A stretch of 64,000 nt of DNA. Source: the human T2T-CHM13v2.0 reference genome, Homo sapiens. The translations under genes and the position numbers were made by a program. The first letter of the stretch is position 1; every line of letters starts with the position of its first letter. Positions 20,801-35,800 of the stretch are shown piece by piece. Location of the stretch: assembly GCF_009914755.1 (NCBI RefSeq), contig NC_060943.1; one strand, given 5' to 3'. The notes below the pieces were generated by a model. The model was not told the DNA's origin. It saw only the letters and a program-made list of their open reading frames with translations, and did no database searches.

Positions 20801-23800
20801 CTAGACAGAAGCATTCTAAGAAACTTCTTTGGAATGTGTGTATTCAGCTCACGGAGTTGAACCCTCCTTTTGATAGAGTGGTTTTGAAACATTCCTTTTC
20901 TGTAATCTGCAAGTGGATTTTGGGAATGCTTTGAGGCCTATGGTAGAAAAGGAAATGTCTTCATATAAAAATTAGAAAGAAGCATTCTTAGAAACTACTT
21001 TGTGACGTCTGCATTCAACCTAAAGTGTTTAAATTTTCTTTTGATAGAGTAGTTTCAAAAAACTCTTTTTGTAATATCTGCAAGTGGACATTTGGAGCAC
21101 TTTGAGGTCTATGGTGGAAAAGGATATATCTTTACATAAAAATTAGACAGAAGTATTCTCAGAAACATGTCTGTGATTTCTGCATTCAACTCAGAGAGTT
21201 GAGCCTTTCTTTTCATAGAGCAGTTTTGAAACACTCTTTTTGTAGAAACTGCAAGTGCATAATTGTACCCCTTTGAGAACTTCGTTGGAAACGACTTTAT
21301 CTACACATAAAACTAGATCGAACCATTCTCAGAAACTTCTTTCTGATGTGCTCATTCAACTCACAGAGTTGAACATTCCTTTTGATAGAGCAGTATTGAA
21401 ATTCTCTTTTTCTAGGATCTGCAAGTGGATTTTTGGAGTGCTTTGAAGTCTTCATTGGAAAAGGGAATATCTTTACATAAAAACTAGACAGAATCATTCT
21501 CAGAAACTTCTTTGTGATGTTTGCATTCTACTCACAGAGTTGAACCTTGCTTTTGATGGAGCAGTTTTGAAACACTCTTTTTGTAGAATCTGCTAGTGGA
21601 TATTTGGAGAGATTGAAGCCTTCTTTGGAAACGGGAATATCTTCACATAAAAACTAGACAGAAGCATTCTCAGAAGCTTCTTTGGGATGAGTGCATCCAA
21701 CTCAGAGAGTTGAACCTTCCTTTTGATAGAGCAGTTTTGAAACACTTTTTTTTTGTAGAATCTGCAAGTGGACATTTGGAGCACTTGGAGGGCTGTGGTG
21801 TAAAAGGAAATATCTTCACATAAAAACTAGACAGAAGCATTCTCAGAAACTTCTTTGTGATGTTCTCATTCAACTCACAGAGTTGAACATTTCTTTTCAT
21901 AGAACAGTTTTGAAACAATCTTTTTGTAGAATCTGCAAGTGGATATTTGGACTGCTTTGAGGCCTTCTTTGGAAACGGAAATATTTTCCCATAAAAACTA
22001 GACTGAAGCATTCTCAGAAACTACTTACTGATGTGTGCATTCATCTCACAGTTTTGAACATTTCTTTCGGTAGAGCAGTTTTGACACACTCTTTTTGTAG
22101 AATCTGGAAGTCTATATTTTGAGTCCTTTGAAGCCTTCGTTGGAAACGGGAATATCTTCACATAAAAGCTAGACAGACGCATTCTCACAAACTACTTTGT
22201 GATGTGTCCATTCAACTCACAGAGTTGAACTTTCCTTTTGGTAGAGCAGTTTGGAAACACTCTTTTGTAGAGTCTGCAAGTGGATATTCAGAGTGCTTTG
22301 AAGCTTCCGTTGGAAACGGGAATATCTTCACATAAAAACTAGACAGAAACATTCTCAGAAACTTCTTTGTGATGTGGGCATTCAACTCACAGAGTTGAAC
22401 CTTCCTTTTAATAGAGCCGTTTTGAAACACTCTTTTAGTAGAATCTGCAACTGGATATTTGGAGTGCTTTGAAGCCTTCGTTGGAAACAGGAATATCTTA
22501 ACATAAAAACTAGACAGAAGCATTCTCAGAAACTTCTTTGTGATGTGTGCATTCAACCCACAGAGTTGAACCTTCCTTTTGGTAGAGCAGTTTTGAAACA
22601 CTCTTTTTGTAGAATCTGCAGGTGGATATTTGGAGTGCTTTCAGGCCTATGATAGAAAAGGAAATATCTTCATATAAAAACTAGACAGAAGCATTTTCAG
22701 AAACTACTTTGTGATGTGTGCATTCAATTCACAGAGTTTAACCTTTCTTTGGATAGAGCAGTTTTGAAACACTCTTTTTTTAGAATCTACAAGTGTACCT
22801 TTTTAGCATATTGAGGGCTATAATGGAAAAGGAAACATATACATATAAAAACTATACCGAAGCATTCTGAGAAACGTTTTGTGACTTTTGCATTCAACTC
22901 ACAGGGTTGAACATTTCTTTTGATAGAGCAGTTCCGAAACACTCTTTTTGTAGGATCTGCAAGTGGATGTCTTGACCGCTTTGAGGCTTTCGTTGGAAAC
23001 GGGAATATCTTCACATGAAAACTAGAAAGAAGCATTTTCAGAAACTTCATTGTGATGGGTGCATTAAACTCACAGAGTTGAACCTTGCTTTTGATAGAGC
23101 AGTTTTGAAACACTCTTTTTGTGGAATCTGCAAATGGATACTTAGAGAGCTTCGAGTCCTTCGTTGGAAACCGGAAAATCTTTACATGAAAACTAGACAG
23201 AAGCATTCTAAGAAACTTCTTTGTGGTGTGTGCATTCAACTCACAGATTTGAACCTTACTTTTGATAGAGCAGTTTGGAATCCCTCTTTTTGTTCTATCT
23301 GCCAATGTATATTTGGAGTGCTTGGAAGCCTTCGTTGGAAATGGGAATATCTTCACTTAAAAACAAGACATAAGCATTCTTAGAAACTTCTTTGTGATAT
23401 GTGCATTCAAATCACAGAGTTGAACCTTCTTTTTGATAGAGCAGTTTTGAAGCACTCTTTTTGTAGAGTCTACAAGTGGATATTTGGAGTGCATTGAAGC
23501 CTTCCTTGGAAACGGGAATATCTTCACATAAATATTAGGCAGAAGAATTCTCAGAAACCACTTTGTGATGTGTACATTCAGGTAACAAAGTTGAACCCTC
23601 CTTTTGATAGAGCAGTTTTGAAACACTCTTTTTGTAGAATCTGGAAGTGGATATTTGGAGTCTTTTGAGTCGTATGGTGGAAAAGGGAATATCTTCATGT
23701 AAAAACTAGAAAGAAGCAATCTCAGAAACTACTTTTTGATGTGTGCAGTCAACTCCCAGAGTTTAACCATTCTTTTGATAGAGCAGTTTAGAAACACTCT

Positions 23801-26800
23801 TTTTGTATAATCTGCAAGTGGACATTTGGAGTGCTTTGAAGCCTTCTTTGGAAACTAGAATACCTTCACATAAAAATTAGACAGAAGCATTCTCAGAAAC
23901 TCCTTTGTGATGTGTGTATTCAAGTCACAGAGTTGAACCTTCCTTTTGATAGAGCAGTTTTGATGCACTCTTTTTGTAGAATCTGCAAGTTGATATTTGG
24001 ACCCATTTGAGGCCTTCGTTGGAAACGGGAATATTTTCACATAAAAACTAGACAGAAGTATTCTCGGAAACTTCTTTGTGATGTGTGTATTCAACTCACA
24101 GAGTTGAACCCTCCTTTTGACAGAGCAGTTTTGAAACACTTTTTTTTAGAATCTGCAAGTGGACATTTGGAGCTCTCTGAGGGCTATGGTGGAAAAGGAA
24201 ATTTCTTCACATGAAAATGAGACAGAAGCATTCCAGAAACTTCTTTGTGATGTTTGCATTCAACTCACAGAGTTGAACCTTTCTTTTCATAGGGAAGTTT
24301 TGAAACACTTTTTTTGTAGAATCTTCAAGTGGATATTTGGACTGCTTTGGGGCCTTCATTGGAAACGGGAATATCTTCACATAAAAAGTAGACAGAAGAA
24401 TTCTCAGAAACTGATTTGCGATATGTGCATTCGACTCAAAGTTTTGAACCTTTTTTTGATACAAGAGTTTTGAAACACTCTTTCTGGTGAATCTGCAAAT
24501 GGCTTTTGGAGCGCTATGAGGCCTATGGTGGAAAAGGAAATATCTTCATATAAAAACTAGAAATGAACATTCTCAGAAACTGATTTTTGATGTGTGCATT
24601 CAACTCACAGAGTTTAACCTTTCTATTGATAGAGCAGTTTTGAAACACTCTTTTTATAGGATCTGGAAGTAGACATTTAGAACACTTTGTTGGCTATGGT
24701 GGAAAAGGAAATATCTTCACATAAAGTCTAGATGGAAGCATTCTCAGAAACTTCTTTTTGATGTTTGCATTCAACTCACAGAGTTGAAACTTTCTTTTGA
24801 TAGATCAGTTCTGAAACACTCTTTTTGTAGAATCTGCAAGTGGATATTTTGACCACTATGAGGCTTTCGTTGGAAACGGGAATACCTTCACATAAAACCT
24901 AGACAGAAGCATTCTCAGAAACTTCTTTGTGATGTTTGCATTCAACTCACGGAGTTGAACCTTCCTTTTGATAGAGCAGTTTTGAAACACTCTTTTTGTA
25001 GAATCTGCAGGTGGATATTTGGAGTGCTTTGGGGCATTCATTGGAATCAGGAATATCTTCACATAAAAACTAGACAGAATAATTCTCAGAAATTACTTTG
25101 TGATATGGGCATTCAACTCACAGTTTTGAAACTTCCTTTTGATAAGCAGTTATGAAACACTCTTTTTGGAGAATCTGCAAGTGGATATATGGAGCACTTT
25201 GAGGTCTATGGTAGAAAAGGGAATATCTTCATGTAAAAACTAGGCAGAAGCATTCTCAGAAAGTGCTTTGTGATGTGTGCATTAAACTCACAGAGTGTAA
25301 CATTTCTTTTGATAGAGCAGTTTGAAACACTCTTTTTGTAGAATGTGTAATTGGATATATGGACTGCTTTGAGGACTTCGTTGGAAACGGGAATATCTTC
25401 ACACAAAAACTAGACAGAAGCATTCACAGAAACTTCTTTTTGATGTGTGCATTCAACAGACAGAGTTGAAACTTTCTTTTGATAGAGCAGTTTTGAATCA
25501 CTCTCTTTGTAGAATCTGCAAGTGGACACATGTAGCACTTTGACTGGAATGGTGGAAAATGAAATATCTTCACATAAAAATTAGACAGAAGCATTCTCAG
25601 AAACTTCTTTGTGATGTTTGCATTCACCTCACAGAGTTGAACCTTTCTTTTCATAGAACAGTTTTGAAACACACTTTTTGTAGAATCTGCAAGTGGATAT
25701 TTGCACTGCTTTGAGGACTTCGTTGGAAACGTGAATATCTTCACATAAAACTGGACAGAAGATAGTCAGATGCTTCTTTGTCATGTATGCATTCAACTCA
25801 CTGAGTTTAAACTTCTCTTTGATAGAGCAGTTTAGAAACACTCTTTTTGTAGAATCTGCAAATGTATATTTGGAGCACTTTGTGGCCTATGCTAGAAAAG
25901 GAAATATCTTCATAGAAAAACTAGACAGAAGCATTCTCAGAAACTACTTTGTGATGTGTACATTCAACTCACAGAGTTTAACCTTTCTTTTGATAGAGCA
26001 GTTTTGAAACAGTCTTTTTGTATAATTATCAATCTTACATTTGGAGCACTTTGTGGGCTATGGTGGAAAAGGAAACATCTTCTCACAAAAATTAGACAGA
26101 AGTATTATGAGAAACTTTTTGTGATGTTTGCATTCAACTCACAGAGTTGAAAATTTCTTTTCATAGAGCAGTTTTGAAACAGTCTTTTTGTACAAACTGC
26201 AAGTAGATATTTGGAGTGCTTTTAAGCCTTCAATGGAAACGGGAATATCTTCACATAAAAACTAGACAGAAGAATTCTCCGAAACTTCTTTGTGATGTGT
26301 GCATTCAACTCACAGAGCTGAACCTTCCTTTTGATAGAGCAGTTTTGAAACACTCTTTTTGTATAATCAGCAAGTGGATACTTTGAGCCCTTTGAAGCCT
26401 TTGGTAGAAAAGAAAATATCTTCACATAAAAACTAGACAGAAGCCTTCTCAGAAACAACTTTGTGACGTGTGCATTCAACTAACAGAGTTCAACCATCCT
26501 TTTGATAGAGCAGTTTTGAAACACTCTTTTTGTAGAATCTGCAAGTGGATATTTGGAGCCCTTTGAGGCCTATGGAAGAAAAAAAAAATATCTTTATATA
26601 AAAACTAGAAAGAAGGATTCTCATAAACTACTTTGTGATGTGAGCTTTCAACTCACAGAGTTGAACATACCTTTCATAGAGCAGTTTTGAAACACTCTTT
26701 TTGTAGAATCTGCAGGTGGATATTTGGAGCCCTTTGAAGCCCATGGTAGAAAAGGAAATATCTTCATATTAAAACCACAGAGAAGCATTCTGAGAAACTA

Positions 26801-29800
26801 CTTTGTGATGTCTGCATCAACTCACAGAATTTAACCTTTCTTTTGAGAGAGCAGTTTTGAAACATTCTTTTTGTACAATTTGCAAGTGGACATTTGGTGC
26901 ACTTTGAGGACTACGGTGGAAAAGGAACTATCTTCACATAAAAACTAGACAGAAGCCTTCTCAGAAACTACTTTGTGATGTGTGCATTCAACTCACAGTG
27001 TTGAACCTTCATTTTGATAGAGCAGTTTTGAAACATTCTTTTTGAAGTATCCACAAGTGGATATTTGGAGTGCTTTGATGCCTTCATTGGAAACGGGAAT
27101 ATCTTCACATAAAAACTAGACAGAAACATTCTCAGAAAATTATTTGTGATGTGTGAATTCAACTCACAGAATTGACACTTCCTTTTAATAGAGCAGTTTT
27201 GAAACACTTTTTTTGTAGAATCTGCAAGTGCATATTTTAAGTGCTTAGAAGACTTCATTGGAAATGGGAATAACTTCATATAAAATGTAGACAGAGGCAT
27301 TCTCGGAATCTTCTTTTTGATGTGTGAATTCAAATCACAGAGTTGAACTTTCTTTCCGCAGAGCAGTTTTGAAACAATCTTTTTGTAGAATCTGCAAGGG
27401 GATAGTTGGAGTACTTTGAATTGTTCGTTGGAAATGGGAATAACTTCTCAAAAAAAGTAGACAGAAGCATTCTCAGTAACAGCTTTGTGATGTGTGCATT
27501 CAACTCACAGAGTTGAACACTTCTTTTCATAGAGCAGTTTTGAAACACTGTTTTTGTAGAATGTGCAAGTGTATATTTGGAGTCATTTGAGGCCTATGGT
27601 AGAAAAGGAAATATCTTCATATAAAAACTAGAAAGGAGCATTCTCAGAAACTATTTTGTGATGTGTGCATTCCACACACAGAGTTTAACCTTTCTTTTGA
27701 TAGAGCATGTTTGAAACACTCTTTTTGTAGAATCTGCAAGTGGACATTTGGAGTACTTTGAGGGCTATGGTGGAAAAGGAAATATCTTCACATAAAAACT
27801 AGATAGAAGAATTATCAGTAACTTCTTTGTGATGTTTGCATTCAACTCACAGAGTTGAACCTTTCTTTTCATAGAACAGTTTTGAAACACTCTTTTTGTA
27901 GAATCTGCAAGTTGATATTTGGAGTGCTTTGAAGCCTTGGTGGGTAACGGGAATATCTTCCCATAAAACTAGACAGACGCATTCTCAGAAATTCGTTGGT
28001 TGTGTGTGAATTCAACTCATAGAGTTTAAGCTTTGTTGTGATAGAGCAGTTTTGCAAACACTCTTTTTGTAAAATCTGCAAGTGGATATTTGGAATCCTT
28101 CATATGAAAACTAGAAAGAAGCTGTCTCAGAAATTACTTCAGGATATTTGCATTCAACTCAGAGAGTTGAACCATTCTTTTGATAGAGCAGTTTTGCAAC
28201 ACACTTTTTGTAGAATCTGCAAGTGGATATTTGTAGCTCTTTGAGGCCTGTGGTAGAAAAGGATATATCTTCATATAAAAAGTAGAAAGAAGCATTCTCA
28301 GAAACTAATTTGGGACGTGTGCATTCAACTAACAGAGTTGAACATTTCTTTTGAAAGAGCAGTTTTGAAACACTCTTTTTGTACAATCTGCAAGTGGATA
28401 TTTGGAGTGCTTTAAAGCCTTCATTGGAAACGGGAATATCCTCAAATATAAACTAGACAGAAGCATTCTCAGAAACTCCTTTGTGATGTGTCCATTCAAC
28501 ACACAGAGTATAACATTTCTTTCTATAGAGCAGTTTTGAAACACTCCTTTTCTAGAATCTGCAAGTGGACATTTGGAGCACTTTGTGGTCTATGGTGGAA
28601 AAGGAAATATCTTCACATAAAAACTAGACAAAAGCATTCTCAGAAAAATCTTTGTGATGTGTACATTCAACTCAGAGAGTTCAACCTTTCTTTTGGTAGA
28701 GCAGTTTTGAATCATTCTTTTTGTAGAATCTGCAAGTGGTTGTTTTGAACCCTTTGAGGCCTATGGTAGAAAATGTAATATCTTCATATCAAAACTAGAC
28801 TGAAGCATTCTCAGAAACTACTTTTTGTTGTGTACATTCAACTCAGAGAGTTGAAACTTTGTTTTGATATAGCAGTTTTGAAACACTCTTTTTGTAGAAT
28901 CTGCAAGTGGACATATCGAGCTTTTTGAGGTATTCGGTGGAAAAGGAAGTATCTTCCCCTATAAACCAGACAGAATCATTCTCAAAAACTTCTTTGTGAT
29001 ATGTGCATTCAACTCACAGAGATGAACCTTCCTTTTTATAGAGCAGTTTTGAAATACTCTTTTTGTACAATCTACAGGTGGATATTTGGAGTGCTTTGAA
29101 GCCTTCATTGGAAACGGGAATATCTTCACATAAAAACTAGAAAGAAGCATTCCCAGAAACTTCTTTGTGATGTTTGCCTTCAACTCACAGAGTTGAACCT
29201 TCTTTTTGATAGAGAGTTTTGAAACACTCTTTTTATAGAATCTGCATGTGGATATTTGGAGCGCTTTGAGACCTATTGTAGAAAATGAAACATCTTCTAA
29301 TAAAAACTAGATGGAAGCATTCTCAGAAACTACTTTGTGATGTTCGTATTCAACTCAGAGGGTTGAACCTTTCCTTTGATAGAACAGTTTTGAATCACTC
29401 TTTTTGTAGTATCTGCAGGTGGATATTTGGACAGCTTTGAGGCTTTCTTTGGAAACGGGAATATCTTTACATAAAAACTAGACAGAAGCATTCTCAGAAA
29501 AGTCTTTTTGATGTGTGCATTCAGCTCACAGAGTTGAACCTTCCTTTTGATAGAGCAGTTTTGAGACACTCTTTTTGTAGAATCTGTAAGTGGATATTTG
29601 AAGTGATTTGAAGCCTTCAAAGGAAACGGGAATATCATAAAAACTAGATAGAATCATTCTCAGAAACTTCTACGTTATGTTTGCATTCAACTCAGAGAGT
29701 TGAACGTTTCATTTCATACATCAGTTTTGCAGCACTCTTTTTGTAGAATCTGCAAATGGACACTTGCAGCACTTTGAGGGCTATGGTGGAAAAGGAAATA

Positions 29801-32800
29801 TCTTTACATAAAAACTAGACAGAAGCATTCTCAGAAACATCTTTGTGATGTTTTCATTCAACTCAGAGAGTTGAACATTTCTTTTGATAAAGCAGTTTTG
29901 AAACACTCTTTTTCTAGAATCTGAAAGTGAATATTTGGAGTGCTTTGAAGCCTTCATTGGAAACAGGAATATCTTCACATAAAAACTAGACAGAAACGTT
30001 CTCAAAGACTACTTTTTAATGTGTGCATTCAACTCAGAGAGTTTAACCTTTCTTTGATATACCAGTTTTGAAACACACTTTTTGTAGAATCTGCAAGTGG
30101 ACATTTGGAGCACTTTGAGGGCTATGGTAGAAAAGGAAATATCTTCACATAAAAACTAGACAGAAGCATTCTCAGTAAGTTTTTTGTGATGTTTGCCTTC
30201 AACTCAGAGAGTTGAACCTTTCTTTTGATAGAGCAGTTTTGAAACACTCTTTATGTAGGATCTGCAAGTGGATATTTGGACCGCTTTGAGGCCTTCGTTG
30301 GAAACGGGAATATCTTCACATAAAAACTAGACAGAAGGATTCTCATAAACATTTTTGTGACGTGTGCCTTCATCTCACAGAGTTGAACGTTCCTTTTGAT
30401 AGAGCAGTTTTGAAACACTCTTTGTAGAATGTGCAAGTCGATATTTCGAGTGCTTTGAAGCCTTCATTGGAAAAGGGAATATCTTCAAATAAAAACTAGT
30501 GAGAAGCATTCTCAGAAACTTCTATGTGATGGGGGCATTCAACTCACGGAGTTGAACCCTCCTTTTGATAAGGCAGTTTTGAAACGCTCTTTTTGTAGAA
30601 TCTGAAATTGGATATTTGGAGTGATTTGAGGGCTACAGGGCAAAAGAAAATATCTTCATATAAAAACTACGCAGAAGCATTCTCAGAAACTACTTTGTGA
30701 TGAGTGCATTCAACTCACAGTGTTGAACCTTTCTTTTGATAGAGCAGTTTTGAAACACTCTTTTTGTAGAATCTGCAAGTGGACATTTGGAGCACTTAGA
30801 GGGCCATGGTGGAAAGGGAAATATCTTCACATAAAAACTAGACAGAAGCATTCCCACAAATTTCTTTGTGATATTTGTATTCCACTCAAGGAGTTGAACC
30901 ATTCTCTTCATAGAGCAGTTTTGAAGCACTTTTTTTGTAGAACCTGCAAGTGGATATTTGGACCGCTTTGAGGTCTTCCTTGGAAACGAGAATATCTTCA
31001 CATAAAAAGTAGACTGAAGCATTCTCAGAAACTTCCTTGTGATGTCTCCTTACAACTCACAGAATTTAACCTTTCTTTTGATAGAACAATTTTAAAACAC
31101 TCTTTTTGTAGAATCTGCCAGTGGATAATTGGAGTGCTTTGAACTCTTCGTTGGAAACGGGAATATATTCACATAAAAACTAGACAGGAGCATTCTCAAA
31201 AGCTGTTTTGCGATGTGTCCATTCAACTCACAGATTTTAACATATGTTTTGACGGAGCAGATTTGAAACACTCTTTTTGTAGAATCTGCAATTGGACATT
31301 TTGAGCACTTCGAGGGCTATGGTGGAAAAGGAAATATCTTCACATAAAAACTAGACAGAAGCATTCTCAGAAGCTTCCTTGTGATGTTTGCATTCAACTC
31401 AGAGAGTTGAACATTTCTTTTGATAGATCCGTTTTGAAACACTCTTTTTCAAGGTTCTGCAAGTGGATATTTAGATGGCTATGAGGTCTTCTTTGGAAAC
31501 AAGAATACCTTCACATAAAATCTAGACAGAAGCATTCTCAGAAACTTCTTTGACATGTGTGCATTCAACTCACCCAGTTGAATCTTCCTCTTGATAGAGC
31601 CATTTTGAAACATTCTTTTTGTAGTATCTGCAAGTGGATATCTGGATTGCTTTGAAGCATCCCTTGGAAATGGGAATATCTTCAAATGAAAAGTAGACAG
31701 AAGCATTCTCATAAACTTTTTTGTGATGTGTGCATTCAACTCACAGATTTGAAATCTCCTTTTGATAGAGCTGTTTTGAAACACTATTTTTGTAGAATCT
31801 GCAAGTGGATATTTGGAGTGCTTTGAAGCCTAAGGCAAAAAGGAGATATCTACATATAAAAACGAGACAGAAGCATTCTGAGAAACTTCTTTGTGATGTG
31901 TGCATTCAACCCACAGATTTCAACCTTTCTTTGGATAGAGCAGATTGGAAACACTCTTTTTTTAGAATCTGCAAGTGGATATTTGGTCAGTTTTCAGGCC
32001 TTTATTGGAAATGGGAATATCTTCACATAAAAACTAGACAGAAGCATTCTCAGAAGCTTCTTTGTGATGTTTGCATTCAACTCAGAGAGTTGAACATTTC
32101 TTTTGATAGAGCCGTTTTGAAACACTCTTTCTGAAGGATCTGCAAGTGGATATTTGGACGGCTATGAGGTCTTCTTTGGAAACGGGAATATCTTCACATA
32201 AAATCTAGACAGAAGCATTCTCAGAAACTTCTTTGTCATGTGTGCATTCAACTCACCCAGTTGAATCTTCCTCTTGATAGAGCAGTTTTGAAACACTCTT
32301 TTTGTAGTATCTGCAAGTGGATGTTTGGATTGATTTGAAACATCCGTTGGAAATGGGAATATCTTCAAATGAAAAGTAGACAGAAGCATTCTCAGAAACT
32401 TTTTTGTGATGTGCGCATTCAACTTACAGATTTGAAATCTCCTTTTGATAGAACTGTTTTGAAACGCTATTTTTGTATAATCTGCAAGTGGATATTTGGA
32501 GTGCTTTGAAGCCTATGGCAAAAAGGAAATATCTACATATAAAAACAAGACAGAAGCATTCTGAGAAACTTCTTTGTGATGTGTGCATTCAACCCACAGA
32601 TTTCAACCTTTCTTTGGATAGAGCAGATTGGAAACACTCTTTTTTTAGAATCTGCAAGTGGATATTTGGCCAGCTTTCAGACCTTCATTGGAAATGGGAA
32701 TATCTTCACATAAAAACTAGACAGAAGCATTTTCAGAAACTTGTTTGTGATGTGTGCTTTCAACTCACAGAGTTGAACCTTCCTTTTGATAGAGCAGTTT

Positions 32801-35800
32801 TGAGACACTCTTTTTCTAGAATGTGCACATGGATATTTAGACTGGTTTGTGGTCTTCGTTGGAAATGGAATACCTTCCCATAAATACTAGACAGAAGCAT
32901 TCTCAGAAACTTCTCTGTGATGTGTGCATTCAACTCACAGAGTTGAATCATCCGTTTGGTAGAACTGTTTTTAGACACTCTTTTTGTAGAATATGCAAGT
33001 GGATATTTCGAGTGCTTTGAAGCCTTCATTGGAATGAGAATATCTTCAAATAAAAACTAGACAGAAGCACTCTCAGAAACTTCTTTGGATTGGTGAATTC
33101 AACTCACAGAGTTTAACCTTTCTTTTGATAGAGCAGTTTTGAAACCCTCTTTTTGTAGAATCTGCAAGTGGACATTTAGAGCTCTTTGATGGCTATGGTG
33201 GAAAAGGAAATATCTTCACATAAAAACTAGATGGAAGCATTCTCAGAAACTTCTTTGTAATGTGTGCATTCAGCTCACAGAGTTCATCCTTTCTTTTGAT
33301 ACAGCAGTTTTGAAACACACTTTTTGCAGAATCTGCAAGTTGACATTTGAAGCAATTTGAGGGCTATGGTGGAAAAAGAAATATCTTCACATAAAAATTA
33401 GACAGAAGCATTCTCAGCACCTTCTTTGTGATATTTGCATTCAACTCACAGAGTTTAACCTTTCTTTTGATAGAGCAGTTTTGAAACCCTCTTTTTGTAG
33501 AATCTGCAAGTGGACATTTAGAGCTCTTTGATGGCTATGGTGGAAAAGGAAATATCTTCACATAAAAACTAGATGGAAGCATTCTCAGAAACTTCTTTGT
33601 AATGTGTGCATTCAGCTCACAGAGTTCATCCTTTCTTTTGATACAGCAGTTTTGAAACACACTTTTTGCAGAATCTGCAAGTTGACATTTGAAGCAATTT
33701 GAGGGCTATGGTGGAAAAAGAAATATCTTCACATAAAAATTAGACAGAAGCATTCTCAGCACCTTCTTTGTGATGTTTGCATTCAACTCACAGAGTTGAA
33801 ACTGTCTTTTGATAGAGCAGTTTTGAAACACTCTTTTTGTAGAATCTGCAAGTCGATATTTGGTCTGCTTTGAAGCCTTCGTTGGAAATAGGAATATCTT
33901 CACCTAAAAACTAGACAGAAGCATTCTCAGAAACTTCTTTTTGATGTTTGCATTCAACTCACAGAGTTGCACCTTCCTTTTGATACAGCAGTTTTGAAAC
34001 ACTCTTTGTAGAATACACAAGTGGATATTTGGAGTGCTTTGAAGCCTTCATTGGAAAGGGGAATATCTTCACATGAAAAGTAGACAGAAGGATACTCAGA
34101 AACTACTTTGTGATGTGTGCATTCAACTCACAGATTTGAACTCTCCTTTTGATAGAGCAGTTTTGAAACACTCTTTTTGTAGAATCTTCCCGTGGATATT
34201 TGGAGCCCTTTAAGGCCTCTGGTGGAAAAGTCAATTTCTTTATATTAAAACTAGAAAGAAGCATTCTCAGAAACTAGTCTCTGATGTGAGCATTCAACTC
34301 ACAGATTTTTACCTTTCTTTTGATAGGGCAGTTTTGAAACACTCTTTTTGTAGAATCTGCAAGTGAATATTTTGACTGCTTTGAGGAATTCTTTGGAAAC
34401 GATATTTTCGCATAAATACCAGACAGAAGCATTCTCAGAAACTTCTTTGTGATGTTTGCATTCAACTCACAGAGTTGCACCTTCCTTTTGATACAGCAGT
34501 TTTGAAACACTCCTTGTAGAATACACAAGTGGATATTTCGAGTGCTTTGAAACCTTCATTGGAAAGGGGAATATCTTCACATGAAAAGTAGACAGAAGGA
34601 TACTCAGAAACTACTTTGTGATGTGTGCATTCAACTCACAGATTTGAACTCTCCTTTTGATAGAGCAGTTTAAAACACTCTTTTTGTAGAATCTTCCCGT
34701 GGATATTTGGAACCCTTTAAGGCCTCTGGTGGAAAAGTCAATTTCTTTATATTAAAACTAGAAAGAAGCATTCTCAGAAACTAGTCTCTGATGTGAGCAT
34801 TCAACTCACAGATTTTTACCTTTCTTTTGATAGGGCAGTTTTGAAACACTCTTTTTGTAGAATCTGCAAGTGAATATTTTGACTGCTTTGAGGAATTCTT
34901 TGGAAACGATATTTTCACATAAATACCAGACAGAAGCATTCTCAGAAACTTCTTTGTGATGTTTGCATTCAACTCACAGAGTTGAACGTTTCTTTTCATA
35001 GAGCAGTACTGAAACACTCTTTTGGTAGAATCTGCAATTGGATATTTGGAACGGTTTGAGGCTTATGGTAGAAAAGGGAATATCTTCATATAAAAACTAT
35101 ACAGAAGTTTTCTCAGAAACATCTCTGTGATGTGTGCTTACAACTCACAGGATTTAACATTTCTTTTGATAGAGCAGTTTTGAAACATTCTTTTTGTAGG
35201 ATCTGCAAGTGGATAATTGGAGTGCTTTGAAGCCTTCGTTGGAAAAGGGAATATCCTCACCTAATAACTAGACAGAAGCATTTTCAAAAACTACTTTGTG
35301 ATGTGTGCATTCAACTCACAGAGTTTAACCTATCTTTTGAGAGAGCAGTTTTGAATCACTCTTATTGCAGAATCTGCGGGTGGACATTTAGATTACCTTG
35401 AGAGTTATGGTGGAAAAGGAAATATCTTCACATAAAAACTAGACAGAAGCATTCTCTGAAACTTCCTTGTGATGTTTGCACTCAACTCAGAGAGTTAAAC
35501 ATTTCTTTTGCTAGAGCAGTTTTGAAACACACTTTTTGTGGAATCTGCAAGTGGATATTTTAATCACTTTGTGTCCTTTGTGGGAAACGGGAATATCTTC
35601 ACATAAATACTGGACACAAGCATTCTCAGAAACTTCCTTGTGATGTGTGAATTCAACTCACAGAGTTGAATCTTCCTTTTGATAGAGTAGTTTTGAAACA
35701 CTCTTTTTGTAGTATCTGCAAGTGTATATATGGAGTGCTTTGAAGCCTTCATTGGAAACGGGAATATCTTCATCTAAAAACTAGAAAGAAGCATTCTCAA

